A stretch of 63,326 nucleotides of DNA, counting the filler. It is 9 parts of 9 records of this genome, joined end to end, with 100 filler letters (N's around TTAATTAATTAA, not from the genome) between each part and the next. Parts side by side here need not be neighbours in the genome. Positions count along the whole stretch, not along the records: positions 20,084 to 25,202 come from SRR31156797_60334; positions 25,303 to 32,378 come from SRR31156797_60338; 7 more parts are not named here. One strand, written 5' to 3'. Numbering within the stretch: the stretch's first letter is position 1; each line of letters starts with the position of its first letter. The notes beneath the pieces are model-generated. The model was not told where the DNA came from, made no database searches, and saw only the letters and a program-made list of their open reading frames with translations. Shown here one piece after another: positions 20,084-28,854 of this stretch. A program made the translations under genes and the position numbers.

Positions 20084-20770
20084 CTTTTTATCTGCGGGGT
20101 AAAGGCCCAGCAGATCGGACTGGTGGAATACCTGTCCGACCCCTATGAGCTGGAGTATGTGCTGGAGCTTATGAAGCAGCACCTGTACCTGGTGGGAACG
20201 AGCATGTTTTTTGCGACCCTCATCGGACTTGGCGCCGGCATTCTCCTGACCCGGGACAGGTTCCGGAAATTTTCCCCCACGGTGATGTACGTCATCAGCC
20301 TGGGCCAGACCATCCCCTCCCTGGCGGTGATCGCCCTGGCCATGAGCGCCCTGGGCATCGGCACCCGGCCGGCCATCTTCGCCCTGCTGATCTACTCGGT
20401 GCTGCCCATTGCCCGGAACACCATGGCCGGCATCAACGCCGTCTCCCCCGGAATCATCGACGCGGCCCGGGGAATCGGGCTCACCCCCCTTCAGATCCTG
20501 TTCTCGGCCGAGCTGCCCAATGCGGCCTCGGTGATTCTCACCGGTTTCCGGATCGCCCTGGTGATCAACGTGGGCACCGCCCCCCTGGGCTTTCTCGTGG
20601 GCGCGGGGGGCCTTGGCGACCTGATCTTCACCGGCATTGACATGATGGAGCCCACAAAGCTTCTGGCCGGCGCCATCCCCACCACGCTTCTGGCACTGGC
20701 GGGGGATTACCTGTGTGAACTCCTCGGGTTGGCGCTGATTCCCAAAGGACTACGATTACAGAACACCTAA
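20084..20770 (+). CDS. Osmoprotectant (glycine betaine/choline) ABC transporter permease (5' truncated)
   Basis: QTIPSLA, LPIARNT, DAARGIG EAA loop, GAGGLG; frame open from contig start. Confidence 0.9.
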   Translation, partial: LFICGVKAQQIGLVEYLSDPYELEYVLELMKQHLYLVGTSMFFATLIGLGAGILLTRDRFRKFSPTVMYVISLGQTIPSLAVIALAMSALGIGTRPAIFALLIYSVLPIARNTMAGINAVSPGIIDAARGIGLTPLQILFSAELPNAASVILTGFRIALVINVGTAPLGFLVGAGGLGDLIFTGIDMMEPTKLLAGAIPTTLLALAGDYLCELLGLALIPKGLRLQNT

Positions 20771-20799
20771 GTTCAACCATAGAAAACAAGGAGAAACAA

Positions 20800-21714
20800 A
20801 TGCGTACCCGTTTTAAAAAAGGACTGATTGGTGTGATCGGCCTGTTGTGCCTCACCGTGTTTACGGCTTCCGGCGCCATGGCGGAAAAGGCCATCACCAT
20901 TGGCGGAAAGAACTTCACCGAGCAGTACATCCTGCCGGAGCTTGCCAAGCATCTGCTGGAAAAGAACGGCTTCACCGCCACCCTGAAAACCGGGGTGGGG
21001 ACCTCCATCGCCCGGAAATCCCTGGAAACCGCCCAGGTGGACGTCTATTTCGAGTACACCGGCACCGCCTATACGGTATTTTACAAGGGAAAAGATGCGG
21101 CGGTGATGACCGATCCCCAGAAGGTGTATGACTGGATGAAGCAGAAAGACGCCGCCAAGGGGCTGGTCTGGCTGGACATGGTGGCCCTGAACGACACCTA
21201 CACCCTGATGATGAAAAAAGATGCGGCCGACCAGGCCGGGATCAAAACCATCGGCGATTTTGCCGCCGCGGTCAACAAGGATCCCAAAAAGCTTGTGCTT
21301 GCGGTCAACTCAGAGTTCTGGGAAAGACCGGACGGCATCAAGAAGCTGATGAAAATCTACGGTTTTCGGGTACCCATCTCCCAGATCAAGAAGATGGATA
21401 CCGGGTTGACCTATATGGCCCTTAAAAACGGGGATGTGGATGTTGCCATGGGTCTTTCCACCGATGGCCGCATCTCCGCCTACGGCTTTTGCAACCTCGA
21501 GGACAACAAAAAGTTCTTTCCGGCATACAATCCCGCACCCGTCATCCGAAAGGCGGTCCTGGATCAATATCCCGAAATCCGGGAGATCCTGAAGCCCCTG
21601 GCGGAACAGCTGACAACCGAAGAGATGCAGAAACTCAACATGGCCGTGGATGTGGACCATAAGAAAGTATCCGATGTGGCCCGGACCTGGCTGAAGGAAA
21701 AGGGTCTCCTCTAG
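20800..21714 (+). CDS. Osmoprotectant ABC transporter substrate-binding protein (OpuAC/OsmX-like)
   Basis: Signal peptide, GGKNFTEQYIL, EYTGT, STDGRI, FFPAY. Confidence 0.92.
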   Translation: MRTRFKKGLIGVIGLLCLTVFTASGAMAEKAITIGGKNFTEQYILPELAKHLLEKNGFTATLKTGVGTSIARKSLETAQVDVYFEYTGTAYTVFYKGKDAAVMTDPQKVYDWMKQKDAAKGLVWLDMVALNDTYTLMMKKDAADQAGIKTIGDFAAAVNKDPKKLVLAVNSEFWERPDGIKKLMKIYGFRVPISQIKKMDTGLTYMALKNGDVDVAMGLSTDGRISAYGFCNLEDNKKFFPAYNPAPVIRKAVLDQYPEIREILKPLAEQLTTEEMQKLNMAVDVDHKKVSDVARTWLKEKGLL

Positions 21715-21735
21715 GAAACCCAATCCGCATTAAAA

Positions 21736-21776
21736 AAAATGGCAACAGTAAGCCCATGTTTTACTGTTGCCATTTT
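21736..21776. terminator. Intrinsic terminator hairpin
   Basis: Perfect 16-bp inverted repeat AAAATGGCAACAGTAA/TTACTGTTGCCATTTT just after the ABC operon. Confidence 0.8.
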
Positions 21777-21916
21777 CTTATTCCCCCGAAGGTAATTCCC
21801 CGCTGAACCCATGATTTTTCTCAAGTCTTTCCGCCCCTGACACTATTGACCGTTCCCGCCCCCCACCACCTCCACAGCAAGATCCCATCTTTCGACATTT
21901 TTATGCCCCCAGGGGG

Positions 21917-21944
21917 TTGATCCCGGCCAGGAAAGGTGTATAAT
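21917..21944 (+). promoter_or_regulatory. Sigma70-type promoter for queDECF
   Basis: TTGATC-16 nt-TATAAT about 110 nt upstream of queD. Confidence 0.65.
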
Positions 21945-21960
21945 TCCAGTTTGTATTTTT

Positions 21961-22001
21961 GGCGGACGAGTGGAATCCCGCCCTATAAATTCTCCCTCAC
22001 T
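21961..22001 (+). promoter_or_regulatory. Candidate preQ1-I-like leader structure
   Basis: 5-bp stem GGCGG/CCGCC, 12-nt loop ending AUC, followed by CUAUAAA; lies in the 5' UTR of queD; deviates from the consensus. Confidence 0.35.
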
Positions 22002-22052
22002 ATGTTAATTTAAACGCATGCGCAGGTTACAGGACAGCATGCAAAGGTGGCT

Positions 22053-22457
22053 ATGCTTACAATTACCAAAGAATTCAGATTTGATGCGGCCCACCGGCTG
22101 TATCTCAAAGATCTCACAGAAGAAGAAAACCGTGGGATCTACGGCAAGTGCAGTTATTTCCACGGACACACCTACCGCCTCCAGGTCACGGTTTCCGGCA
22201 AGGTTCAGCCCACCGGCATGATCATCAACTTCACCGATCTCAAGCAGATTGTCGTGGAGAAAATCATTTCGCGGTACGACCACGCCTGCCTCAACGACCT
22301 TGCGGAATACAGGGACCTGCCCACCACGGCGGAGAATATGGTCCTCCATATGTTTGGGGAACTTTCCGCCTGCCTGGAAGAAAAGGGTATCACCGTCACC
22401 CGGGTGCGCCTCTATGAGACCCCGGATTCCTGGGCGGAGGTGACCCATGATGCCTGA
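22053..22457 (+). CDS. queD: 6-carboxy-5,6,7,8-tetrahydropterin synthase
   Basis: FDAAHRL, C…HGHTY, DH..LN, TAEN, YETP. Confidence 0.93.
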   Translation: MLTITKEFRFDAAHRLYLKDLTEEENRGIYGKCSYFHGHTYRLQVTVSGKVQPTGMIINFTDLKQIVVEKIISRYDHACLNDLAEYRDLPTTAENMVLHMFGELSACLEEKGITVTRVRLYETPDSWAEVTHDA

Positions 22458-23109
22458 GAGCCCCGGCGACAGCCATGAAATGTCCCTGGATGTCACGGAG
22501 ATCTTTACCTCCATCCAGGGGGAAGGCCCCTTCATGGGGCGTCCCGCCGCGTTTGTGAGGCTCAGCGGCTGTATCGCCCCCCTTTGTCCCTGGTGTGACA
22601 CCAAACAGGCCTGGGACCCGGGGGAATCCATGCCCGTGAACCGGGTGGCGGACACGGTCCTGGGACTTGGCAACGACCTGGTGGTGATCACCGGCGGCGA
22701 ACCCCTTCTTCAATGGACCTCCGGCCTGAATCATCTGGAAGACCTTCTCATCAAAAAAGGGCTGACGGTTCAGTATGAAACCAGCGGCAAGGTCCTGATA
22801 CCGGCCGCATCCAAAGGGTTCAAGGTCTGCTCCCCCAAACACCTGGATGGCCGCTGGCATTACATTCAGGACAACACCCAACGGGCGGACTGTTTCAAGT
22901 TTGTTGTCAGGGAGAATCCAACCTGTGTGGCAGAATTTGTGAAAGACCAGGGCCTTTCCCCCAACCGGGTATGGATCATGCCCCAGGGCGACCATGGGAC
23001 GGATCAGCTGGCGTTGTCACCCGGCCTGTGGGAGTTTTGCGTAAAAAACCGCTTTAATTTCTCCCCCCGGCTTCACACCCTTTTTTTCAACAATCAACAA
23101 GGAGTTTAG
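22447..23109 (+). CDS. queE: 7-carboxy-7-deazaguanine synthase (radical SAM)
   Basis: EIFTSIQGEG, FVRLSGC…CPWCDT, ITGGEP, ETSG, SPK, PRLH. Confidence 0.92.
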   Translation: MMPESPGDSHEMSLDVTEIFTSIQGEGPFMGRPAAFVRLSGCIAPLCPWCDTKQAWDPGESMPVNRVADTVLGLGNDLVVITGGEPLLQWTSGLNHLEDLLIKKGLTVQYETSGKVLIPAASKGFKVCSPKHLDGRWHYIQDNTQRADCFKFVVRENPTCVAEFVKDQGLSPNRVWIMPQGDHGTDQLALSPGLWEFCVKNRFNFSPRLHTLFFNNQQGV

Positions 23110-23110
23110 C

Positions 23111-23770
23111 ATGATCGATTCGGTCATCGTATTGTCCGGCGGCATGGATTCGGCCGTGCTGCTGGCCCACACCCTGAATCAGGGAAAAACCGTTGAAGCG
23201 GTCAGCTTTGATTACGGTTCCAAACACAATGATCGGGAACTGCCCATGGCAGCAAACCTGTGTGAAGCATATGGCGTGAAGCACCAGGTGATCCGGCTGC
23301 CGTTCATCAACGAGCTCTTCTCCTCCAGCCTGCTCACAAGCGGGGAGGCGATTCCCGACGGCGCCTACATGGAAGCCAACATGAAAAGCACGGTGGTGCC
23401 CTTCAGAAACGGCATCATGCTCTCCATTGCGGCCGGGTATGCCGAATCCGTCAAGGCTGGGGAAGTGCTGCTGGGCTCCCATGCCGGGGATCACCATATC
23501 TACCCCGACTGCCGACCCGAATTCAACCAGGCCTTTGCCCGGGCCGTTGATCTCGGAACGGACGGCCAGGTGAAGATCCGGTTCCCCTTTTCCAATATGG
23601 ATAAACGGGATATCGGCGACCTTGGCAGGACCCTGGGACTCGATTTCAGGAAAACATGGACCTGCTACAAGGGCGGCGAGCACCACTGCGGCACCTGCGG
23701 GGCCTGTGACGAGCGGAAATACGCCCTGAGACATGACCAGGGACTTGATGTCACCACCTATCTGGCCTAG
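23111..23770 (+). CDS. queC: 7-cyano-7-deazaguanine synthase
   Basis: SGGMDS PP-loop, VPFRN, YPDCR, TWTCY…HCGTCGAC. Confidence 0.95.
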   Translation: MIDSVIVLSGGMDSAVLLAHTLNQGKTVEAVSFDYGSKHNDRELPMAANLCEAYGVKHQVIRLPFINELFSSSLLTSGEAIPDGAYMEANMKSTVVPFRNGIMLSIAAGYAESVKAGEVLLGSHAGDHHIYPDCRPEFNQAFARAVDLGTDGQVKIRFPFSNMDKRDIGDLGRTLGLDFRKTWTCYKGGEHHCGTCGACDERKYALRHDQGLDVTTYLA

Positions 23771-23783
23771 GAAGGAGCCCCCC

Positions 23784-24608
23784 ATGAACGACACCTTGAA
23801 TAAAACCATCCCCCTGGGCAAAAAAGTGTGCCACAGTGAGACCTACGATCCCACCCACCTTTTTTCCGTACCCAGGGAAGCGTCCCGGAAAGAGTTGGGG
23901 ATCGGCGCATCCCTTCCCTTTCACGGGGAAGACATCTGGAATGCCTACGAGCTCTCCTGGCTTACTCCAAAGGGAAAACCCTGTGTGGCCATGGGGGAAA
24001 TTTCATTCCCCTGCACAAGTGAGCACATTGTCGAATCAAAATCCCTGAAGCTCTACCTGAATTCCTTTAATCAGACCCGTTTCGACGCGCCGGAGACCGT
24101 GGCCGAGACCATCCGGAAAGACCTGAGCGACGCCGCCGGCGCCCGGGTGGAGATGAAACTCCTGATGCCCGAAGCATTTGGAAAAATGCAGATCCAGTCC
24201 CCCCATGGAACGTGCCTGGACGGCCTGGACCTTGGGATGGATACCTACGCCCGGGAACCCGCCTACCTGACCACGGGCACCGGCAAGGCCGAAGAACTGC
24301 TCTACTCCCACCTGTTGCGAACCAACTGCCCGGTCACGGGCCAGCCCGACTGGGCAACGGTGATGATCGCCTATTCAGGCAAGGCCATGGACCATGAAGG
24401 CCTGCTTCGCTACATCGTTTCCTTTCGCCAGCATACCGGGTTCCACGAGAACTGCGTTGAACGCATCTTCATGGATATCCTGAACCGCTGCCAGCCGGAC
24501 CGGCTGACGGTGAGCGCCCGGTTTACCCGGCGGGGGGGGCTCGATATCAACCCCCACCGGTCCACGGATCAAACCCATTGCCCCAACAGACGACTTGCAA
24601 GGCAATAA
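23784..24608 (+). CDS. queF: NADPH-dependent preQ0 reductase (two-domain type)
   Basis: WNAYELSWL, VESKSLKLYLNSF, NCPVTGQPDW, FHENCVE, RRGGLDINP; start after GAAGGAG. Confidence 0.95.
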   Translation: MNDTLNKTIPLGKKVCHSETYDPTHLFSVPREASRKELGIGASLPFHGEDIWNAYELSWLTPKGKPCVAMGEISFPCTSEHIVESKSLKLYLNSFNQTRFDAPETVAETIRKDLSDAAGARVEMKLLMPEAFGKMQIQSPHGTCLDGLDLGMDTYAREPAYLTTGTGKAEELLYSHLLRTNCPVTGQPDWATVMIAYSGKAMDHEGLLRYIVSFRQHTGFHENCVERIFMDILNRCQPDRLTVSARFTRRGGLDINPHRSTDQTHCPNRRLARQ

Positions 24609-24713
24609 CCCCCGGGGGCAGCCCCTCCAGTTCATCTCCGCCCACCGCCCTGACAGGCGGTATGGGGATACCCAGTGACTGGAGGACAGCATGCCCCAGG
24701 CCTGTTGCCCCCG

Positions 24714-25202
24714 CTATCCGGAAGAAAACTCCGCGGGGGGCGGCAACAGCTCCATGTCCGGCGATACTTCCCGGGTTGGGCCGGGGGGCTCCGGACGTTT
24801 CCCCTTGGCCCCCTTCCCTTGTCCGCTCACCCCCACCACGGTGGAAAGGGTCTCCACAACAGCGCTGATCTGCCTTGCCTGCACCTTCATCTCCTCTGCC
24901 GCAGCCGCATTTTCCTCTGCATTGCCGGCATTCTGCTGGATCAGTTTATCCATTTCGCTGGTGGCGTTGCTGATCTGCTCGATCCCCTGGGCCTGCTCTT
25001 CAGAGGCTGTGGCAATCTCGCTGATCACATCCCCGACGCTTGAGAACACCTCATTGTTCGTGGTCAGGGCCTCCACAAGCTGGCCGTTCAACTGATCGGC
25101 TTCCACGATTTTGCCATTGGCCGTTTCGATCAGGGTGGCCGTAAGCTTTGCGGAATCCGCAGCACGGATGGCAAGATTTCTCACCTCATCGGCCACCACG
25201 GC
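24714..25202 (-). CDS. Methyl-accepting chemotaxis protein, C-terminal part
   Basis: AVVADEVRNLA hairpin tip, EQAQGIEQI, QQNA..AEE. Confidence 0.92.
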   Translation of the reverse strand, partial: AVVADEVRNLAIRAADSAKLTATLIETANGKIVEADQLNGQLVEALTTNNEVFSSVGDVISEIATASEEQAQGIEQISNATSEMDKLIQQNAGNAEENAAAAEEMKVQARQISAVVETLSTVVGVSGQGKGAKGKRPEPPGPTREVSPDMELLPPPAEFSSG

Positions 25203-25302
25203 NNNNNNNNNNNNNNNNNNNNNNNNNNNNNNNNNNNNNNNNNNNNTTAATTAATTAANNNNNNNNNNNNNNNNNNNNNNNNNNNNNNNNNNNNNNNNNN
25301 NN
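25203..25302. other. Artificial contig spacer
   Basis: N run + TTAATTAATTAA + N run. Confidence 0.98.
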
Positions 25303-25464
25303 AAAAATCCCTCATTTCTGGGCAGACACTATTTTAGAACCCTTTGAAATTCAAAATTTGTTGAAATAAATCACTCAAAACCTATCAACACCTATTTATA
25401 GCAAACTGACTGTTATTAACGTCCGATATCCGTTTATGCGCTGTCGATTATGGAGGTTCAAACT

Positions 25465-26700
25465 ATGAGCGACGAACAGGTTAAAATTTACGGTTACCGA
25501 TGGATCGCCCTATTTGCCTTTTCCCTGGTACAGGGAGTTATGCAGGTGCTTTGGATATCATTTGCCCCGATTACCGGTGAAGCAGCTGCGTTTTACAATG
25601 TCACGCCCCTGCAAATAGGCCTGCTGTCAATGATATTCATGATTGTGTATCTTTTTGTTTCCATACCCGCTTCATGGGCGGTCGACACATGGGGAATTAG
25701 AAAAGGCGTGGGCGCCGGAGTAGTAATCATGGGCGCTTTCGGGCTGGCCAGGGGATTTTTCGGACAAAGTTATTCCCTGGTCCTGTTTTCCACCATTATG
25801 ATCGCCGTGGCTCAACCATTCATATTAAACAGCGTTACCGCCATGACCGCCAGGTGGTTCCCATTTAAAGAAAGAGCAACCGCCGCCGGCATTGCGGTTC
25901 TTTTTCAGTTTATCGGCATTGTCGCTGCCATGGCCCTTACTCCGCCGTTGTTTCTGGCCTACGGCATGTTGAATATGCTTAAAATTTACGGCGCGGTTGC
26001 AGCGGTCAGCGCGGTGTTGTTTCTTTTACTGGTCAAGGAACGCCCGCCCACGCCTCCCGGTGGAGACGCTGATGACGAAAGAACTCTTGTTTTGGACGGG
26101 CTCAAACATATTTTCAAACAAAAAGATATGATACTGCTGCTGATAATATTTTTTATCGGGTTGGGAACGTTTAATGCCGTAACCACCTGGATAGAACAGA
26201 TGATAGCCCCGCGCGGCTTTGACATAACACAGGCCGGAACCCTGGGAGCGGTCATGATGATCGCGGCAATAATCGGGGCAATTATTGTTCCCATTCTGTC
26301 GGACAGGTCTCAAAAAAGGAGAATATACGTCATTATCTGCCTGATAGGAGCCGTACCCGGATTAGCCGGTCTGACGTTTTTTAATAACTATACATTTCTG
26401 CTGCTTTCCGGGGCCGTATTCGGATTTTTTCTGACCGGGTGCGCTCCGGTTATTTATCAGTATAGCGCCGAAATCTGCCGTCCCGCGCCCGAAGCCACTT
26501 CCCAGGGCCTGCTTTTACTGGCCGGCCAGATATCGGGAATAGCCTTCATTTTCGGAATGGATATCTTCAAGGCGCCTTCCGGATCCATGACGCCTTTCAT
26601 TATTGTCATGATGGGGCTGACCCTGGCCGGAATACCCCTGGCTCTCCGGATGAAGGAATCCTCAATGGCGTCCGCTGCAATCGTAACGCCTGATAAATGA
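25465..26700 (+). CDS. MFS transporter (FLVCR-like)
   Basis: About 12 hydrophobic segments, YGYRW, D.WG.R, WFP.KERATA; start after GGAGG. Confidence 0.88.
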   Translation: MSDEQVKIYGYRWIALFAFSLVQGVMQVLWISFAPITGEAAAFYNVTPLQIGLLSMIFMIVYLFVSIPASWAVDTWGIRKGVGAGVVIMGAFGLARGFFGQSYSLVLFSTIMIAVAQPFILNSVTAMTARWFPFKERATAAGIAVLFQFIGIVAAMALTPPLFLAYGMLNMLKIYGAVAAVSAVLFLLLVKERPPTPPGGDADDERTLVLDGLKHIFKQKDMILLLIIFFIGLGTFNAVTTWIEQMIAPRGFDITQAGTLGAVMMIAAIIGAIIVPILSDRSQKRRIYVIICLIGAVPGLAGLTFFNNYTFLLLSGAVFGFFLTGCAPVIYQYSAEICRPAPEATSQGLLLLAGQISGIAFIFGMDIFKAPSGSMTPFIIVMMGLTLAGIPLALRMKESSMASAAIVTPDK

Positions 26701-26780
26701 ATTTATTCGATTTTTCAGTAAACCATATTTAAAAAGGGGAGCGCTTTACTACTTGTTCTAGTTCATGGATGGGGTAATAA

Positions 26781-28601
26781 ATGCAGGAAAAGCAGTCGTT
26801 ATGCGATAAGGAAAAAAGAAAAGAAGCGGAAAAAGAACTTGTCCAAAGCGAAGCCCGGTGGCGCTCCCTGGTGGAAAACGCCCCCAATTTCATAACTATT
26901 GTCGGCCCGGACAGAAAAATCCAGTATATCAATCACCCGAGGGAAGGAATAAACCGAGAGAATGTAATCGGACGCAACGTATTTGATTTTATATCCAGCG
27001 ACTACCGCAAAATTGCCGCCGAATCCTTGGATGGAGTTTTTGAAACAGGCCGTCCCGGTTTTTGTGAATCCATGGCCGTAGGCCCCCATGGCCGCATGAG
27101 TTGGTATGAAAATTCCCTTGGCCCTATAATCATAGAGGGAAAAGTAACTGCCGTCACCATTATCGCCTTGGATGTCACCCGGCGCAAGGATATTGAAGAA
27201 GAGCTGAGAAGGCAAAATATAGACATGAAAAGAGCCCAGGGAATATCTCAAGTTGGTTCCTGGGAATGGGACGTCTGTACAAATTTATTCAGATGGTCGG
27301 AAGAAATGTTCAGAATTCTCGATTTTAATCCGGAGCAGTTTACGGCAACCCATGAAGACTGGAACAAGGTCAATTACCATCCCGACGACCTGGAAATAAT
27401 AAAGGAAGCTACGGAAAACTACCGTTACAGGCAAACTCCGGTCAGAACCGAGTACAGAATAATACGGCGGGACGGCTCGATCCATTGGCTGGTGGGCGAA
27501 GGTGAAACCGAGCGCGACGAATCGGGAACAATAATCCGGCTTTACGGCACGGTTCAAGATATCACTGAAAGAAAACAGCAGGACACCGCCCTGAGAGAAA
27601 GCGAGGAAAAATTCAGAAAAGCTTTTGATAACGCCAATATCGGTATGGTGCTGGTAAGTCCGGACGGCGCATACCTGAGAGTCAACCGGTCGTTTTGTCA
27701 AATGCTGGGCTACACCAGGAGCGAACTGGAACAATTAAGCTTTCGAGACGTGACCCTGCCCCGGGACATACCAATGTCCGATGACCTGTTCGAAGGAATC
27801 CGGGCCGGAGAAATATCATCCACCACCAACATTGAAAAGACTTACCTGCACAAGGATGGAAGCGAAATCAGGGCTCACGTAGTCAGCTCTCTAATACGGG
27901 ACGATGATGGGCAGGCCCGGTATTTTATAACCCATATTCAGGATATTACGGAACGAAAGCAGATTGAAAATAGAATCAGGTCCGCTCTGGATGAAAAGGA
28001 AGTGCTGCTCAGGGAAATACACCACCGGGTTAAAAATAATATGCAGGTAATCTGCAGCCTCCTGCAACTCCAGGCAAATGTGACTGATAACGAAGCGTTT
28101 CAGGATGCCCTGGCCGACAGCCAAAACAGGGTTATGGCCATGGCCGCGGTCCACGAAATACTTTTCAGTTCTGAAAACGTCGCCCTTATTGAATTGGAAC
28201 ACCTTATCAGCCGCCTTGTTTCCAATATCTCCCAGGCCTTTCGTGGATACAAGGGGCATATTGATTTCCATACTGATGTGATAAACGTCCCCATCCAAAT
28301 AGAACAGGCCGTTCCCTTGGCCCTGGTCATTAACGAATTGGTCACCAACTCCCTTAAACATGCTTTTCCTGAAGGCCGTCCCGGCAAAATAGGGGTATCC
28401 GCACAAATAAATCCGGATAAATATCTTGAAATAAGAGTTTGGGACGACGGCGTTGGAATGCCGGGTTCGGTAGACCTTAAAAAGCCGGCTACACTTGGCC
28501 TGAGACTAATTCGGACCATTGTTATGGACCAATTGGACGGCGACGTTCTGGCAGTCGTGGGCGAAGGAACAAAATACACTATTAATTTCAAACTGTTGTA
28601 A
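26781..28601 (+). CDS. Multi-PAS sensor histidine kinase (HisKA_2 type)
   Basis: Three PAS/PAC domains (DVT/DITERK), EIHHRVKNNMQ, NELVTN..KHAF, DDGVG. Confidence 0.93.
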   Translation: MQEKQSLCDKEKRKEAEKELVQSEARWRSLVENAPNFITIVGPDRKIQYINHPREGINRENVIGRNVFDFISSDYRKIAAESLDGVFETGRPGFCESMAVGPHGRMSWYENSLGPIIIEGKVTAVTIIALDVTRRKDIEEELRRQNIDMKRAQGISQVGSWEWDVCTNLFRWSEEMFRILDFNPEQFTATHEDWNKVNYHPDDLEIIKEATENYRYRQTPVRTEYRIIRRDGSIHWLVGEGETERDESGTIIRLYGTVQDITERKQQDTALRESEEKFRKAFDNANIGMVLVSPDGAYLRVNRSFCQMLGYTRSELEQLSFRDVTLPRDIPMSDDLFEGIRAGEISSTTNIEKTYLHKDGSEIRAHVVSSLIRDDDGQARYFITHIQDITERKQIENRIRSALDEKEVLLREIHHRVKNNMQVICSLLQLQANVTDNEAFQDALADSQNRVMAMAAVHEILFSSENVALIELEHLISRLVSNISQAFRGYKGHIDFHTDVINVPIQIEQAVPLALVINELVTNSLKHAFPEGRPGKIGVSAQINPDKYLEIRVWDDGVGMPGSVDLKKPATLGLRLIRTIVMDQLDGDVLAVVGEGTKYTINFKLL

Positions 28602-28854
28602 GCAAATTGGTCGAGATAATCGTTTATCTTTATAAGGACATCCATAAGATGTTATGGCCCATTTTGCACGTTATTTGTCAGTTATGCCGCTTTTCTTTTA
28701 CAACCGCCGATTCTATATAATAAAAAGGTAAATTTTTATTTAAAAACAAGTGACAGTGCGGTCCTGAACGGAATTCGGCGGTTCGGCCGCAAGAAGAGAA
28801 AAGAAAAGCCTGCGGGATGACCCGCATCGCCAGATCGGCAAATAAGGAGGCCCC

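Noticed and set aside
22002-22013. Mini-ORF ATG TTA ATT TAA in the que leader as an attenuator peptide
   Set aside because: No RBS and no queuosine-dependent codons
22053-24608. que genes as a 7-deazaguanine DNA-modification (dpd) island
   Set aside because: No dpdA/tgt-like gene is visible, and queF points to preQ1/queuosine tRNA synthesis
24622-24685. Nested inverted repeats (CCTCCAGT/ACTGGAGG, CCGCC/GGCGG) between convergent queF and MCP genes
   Set aside because: Single copy without a U tract; most simply a transcript-end structure, with no support for an ncRNA or mobile element
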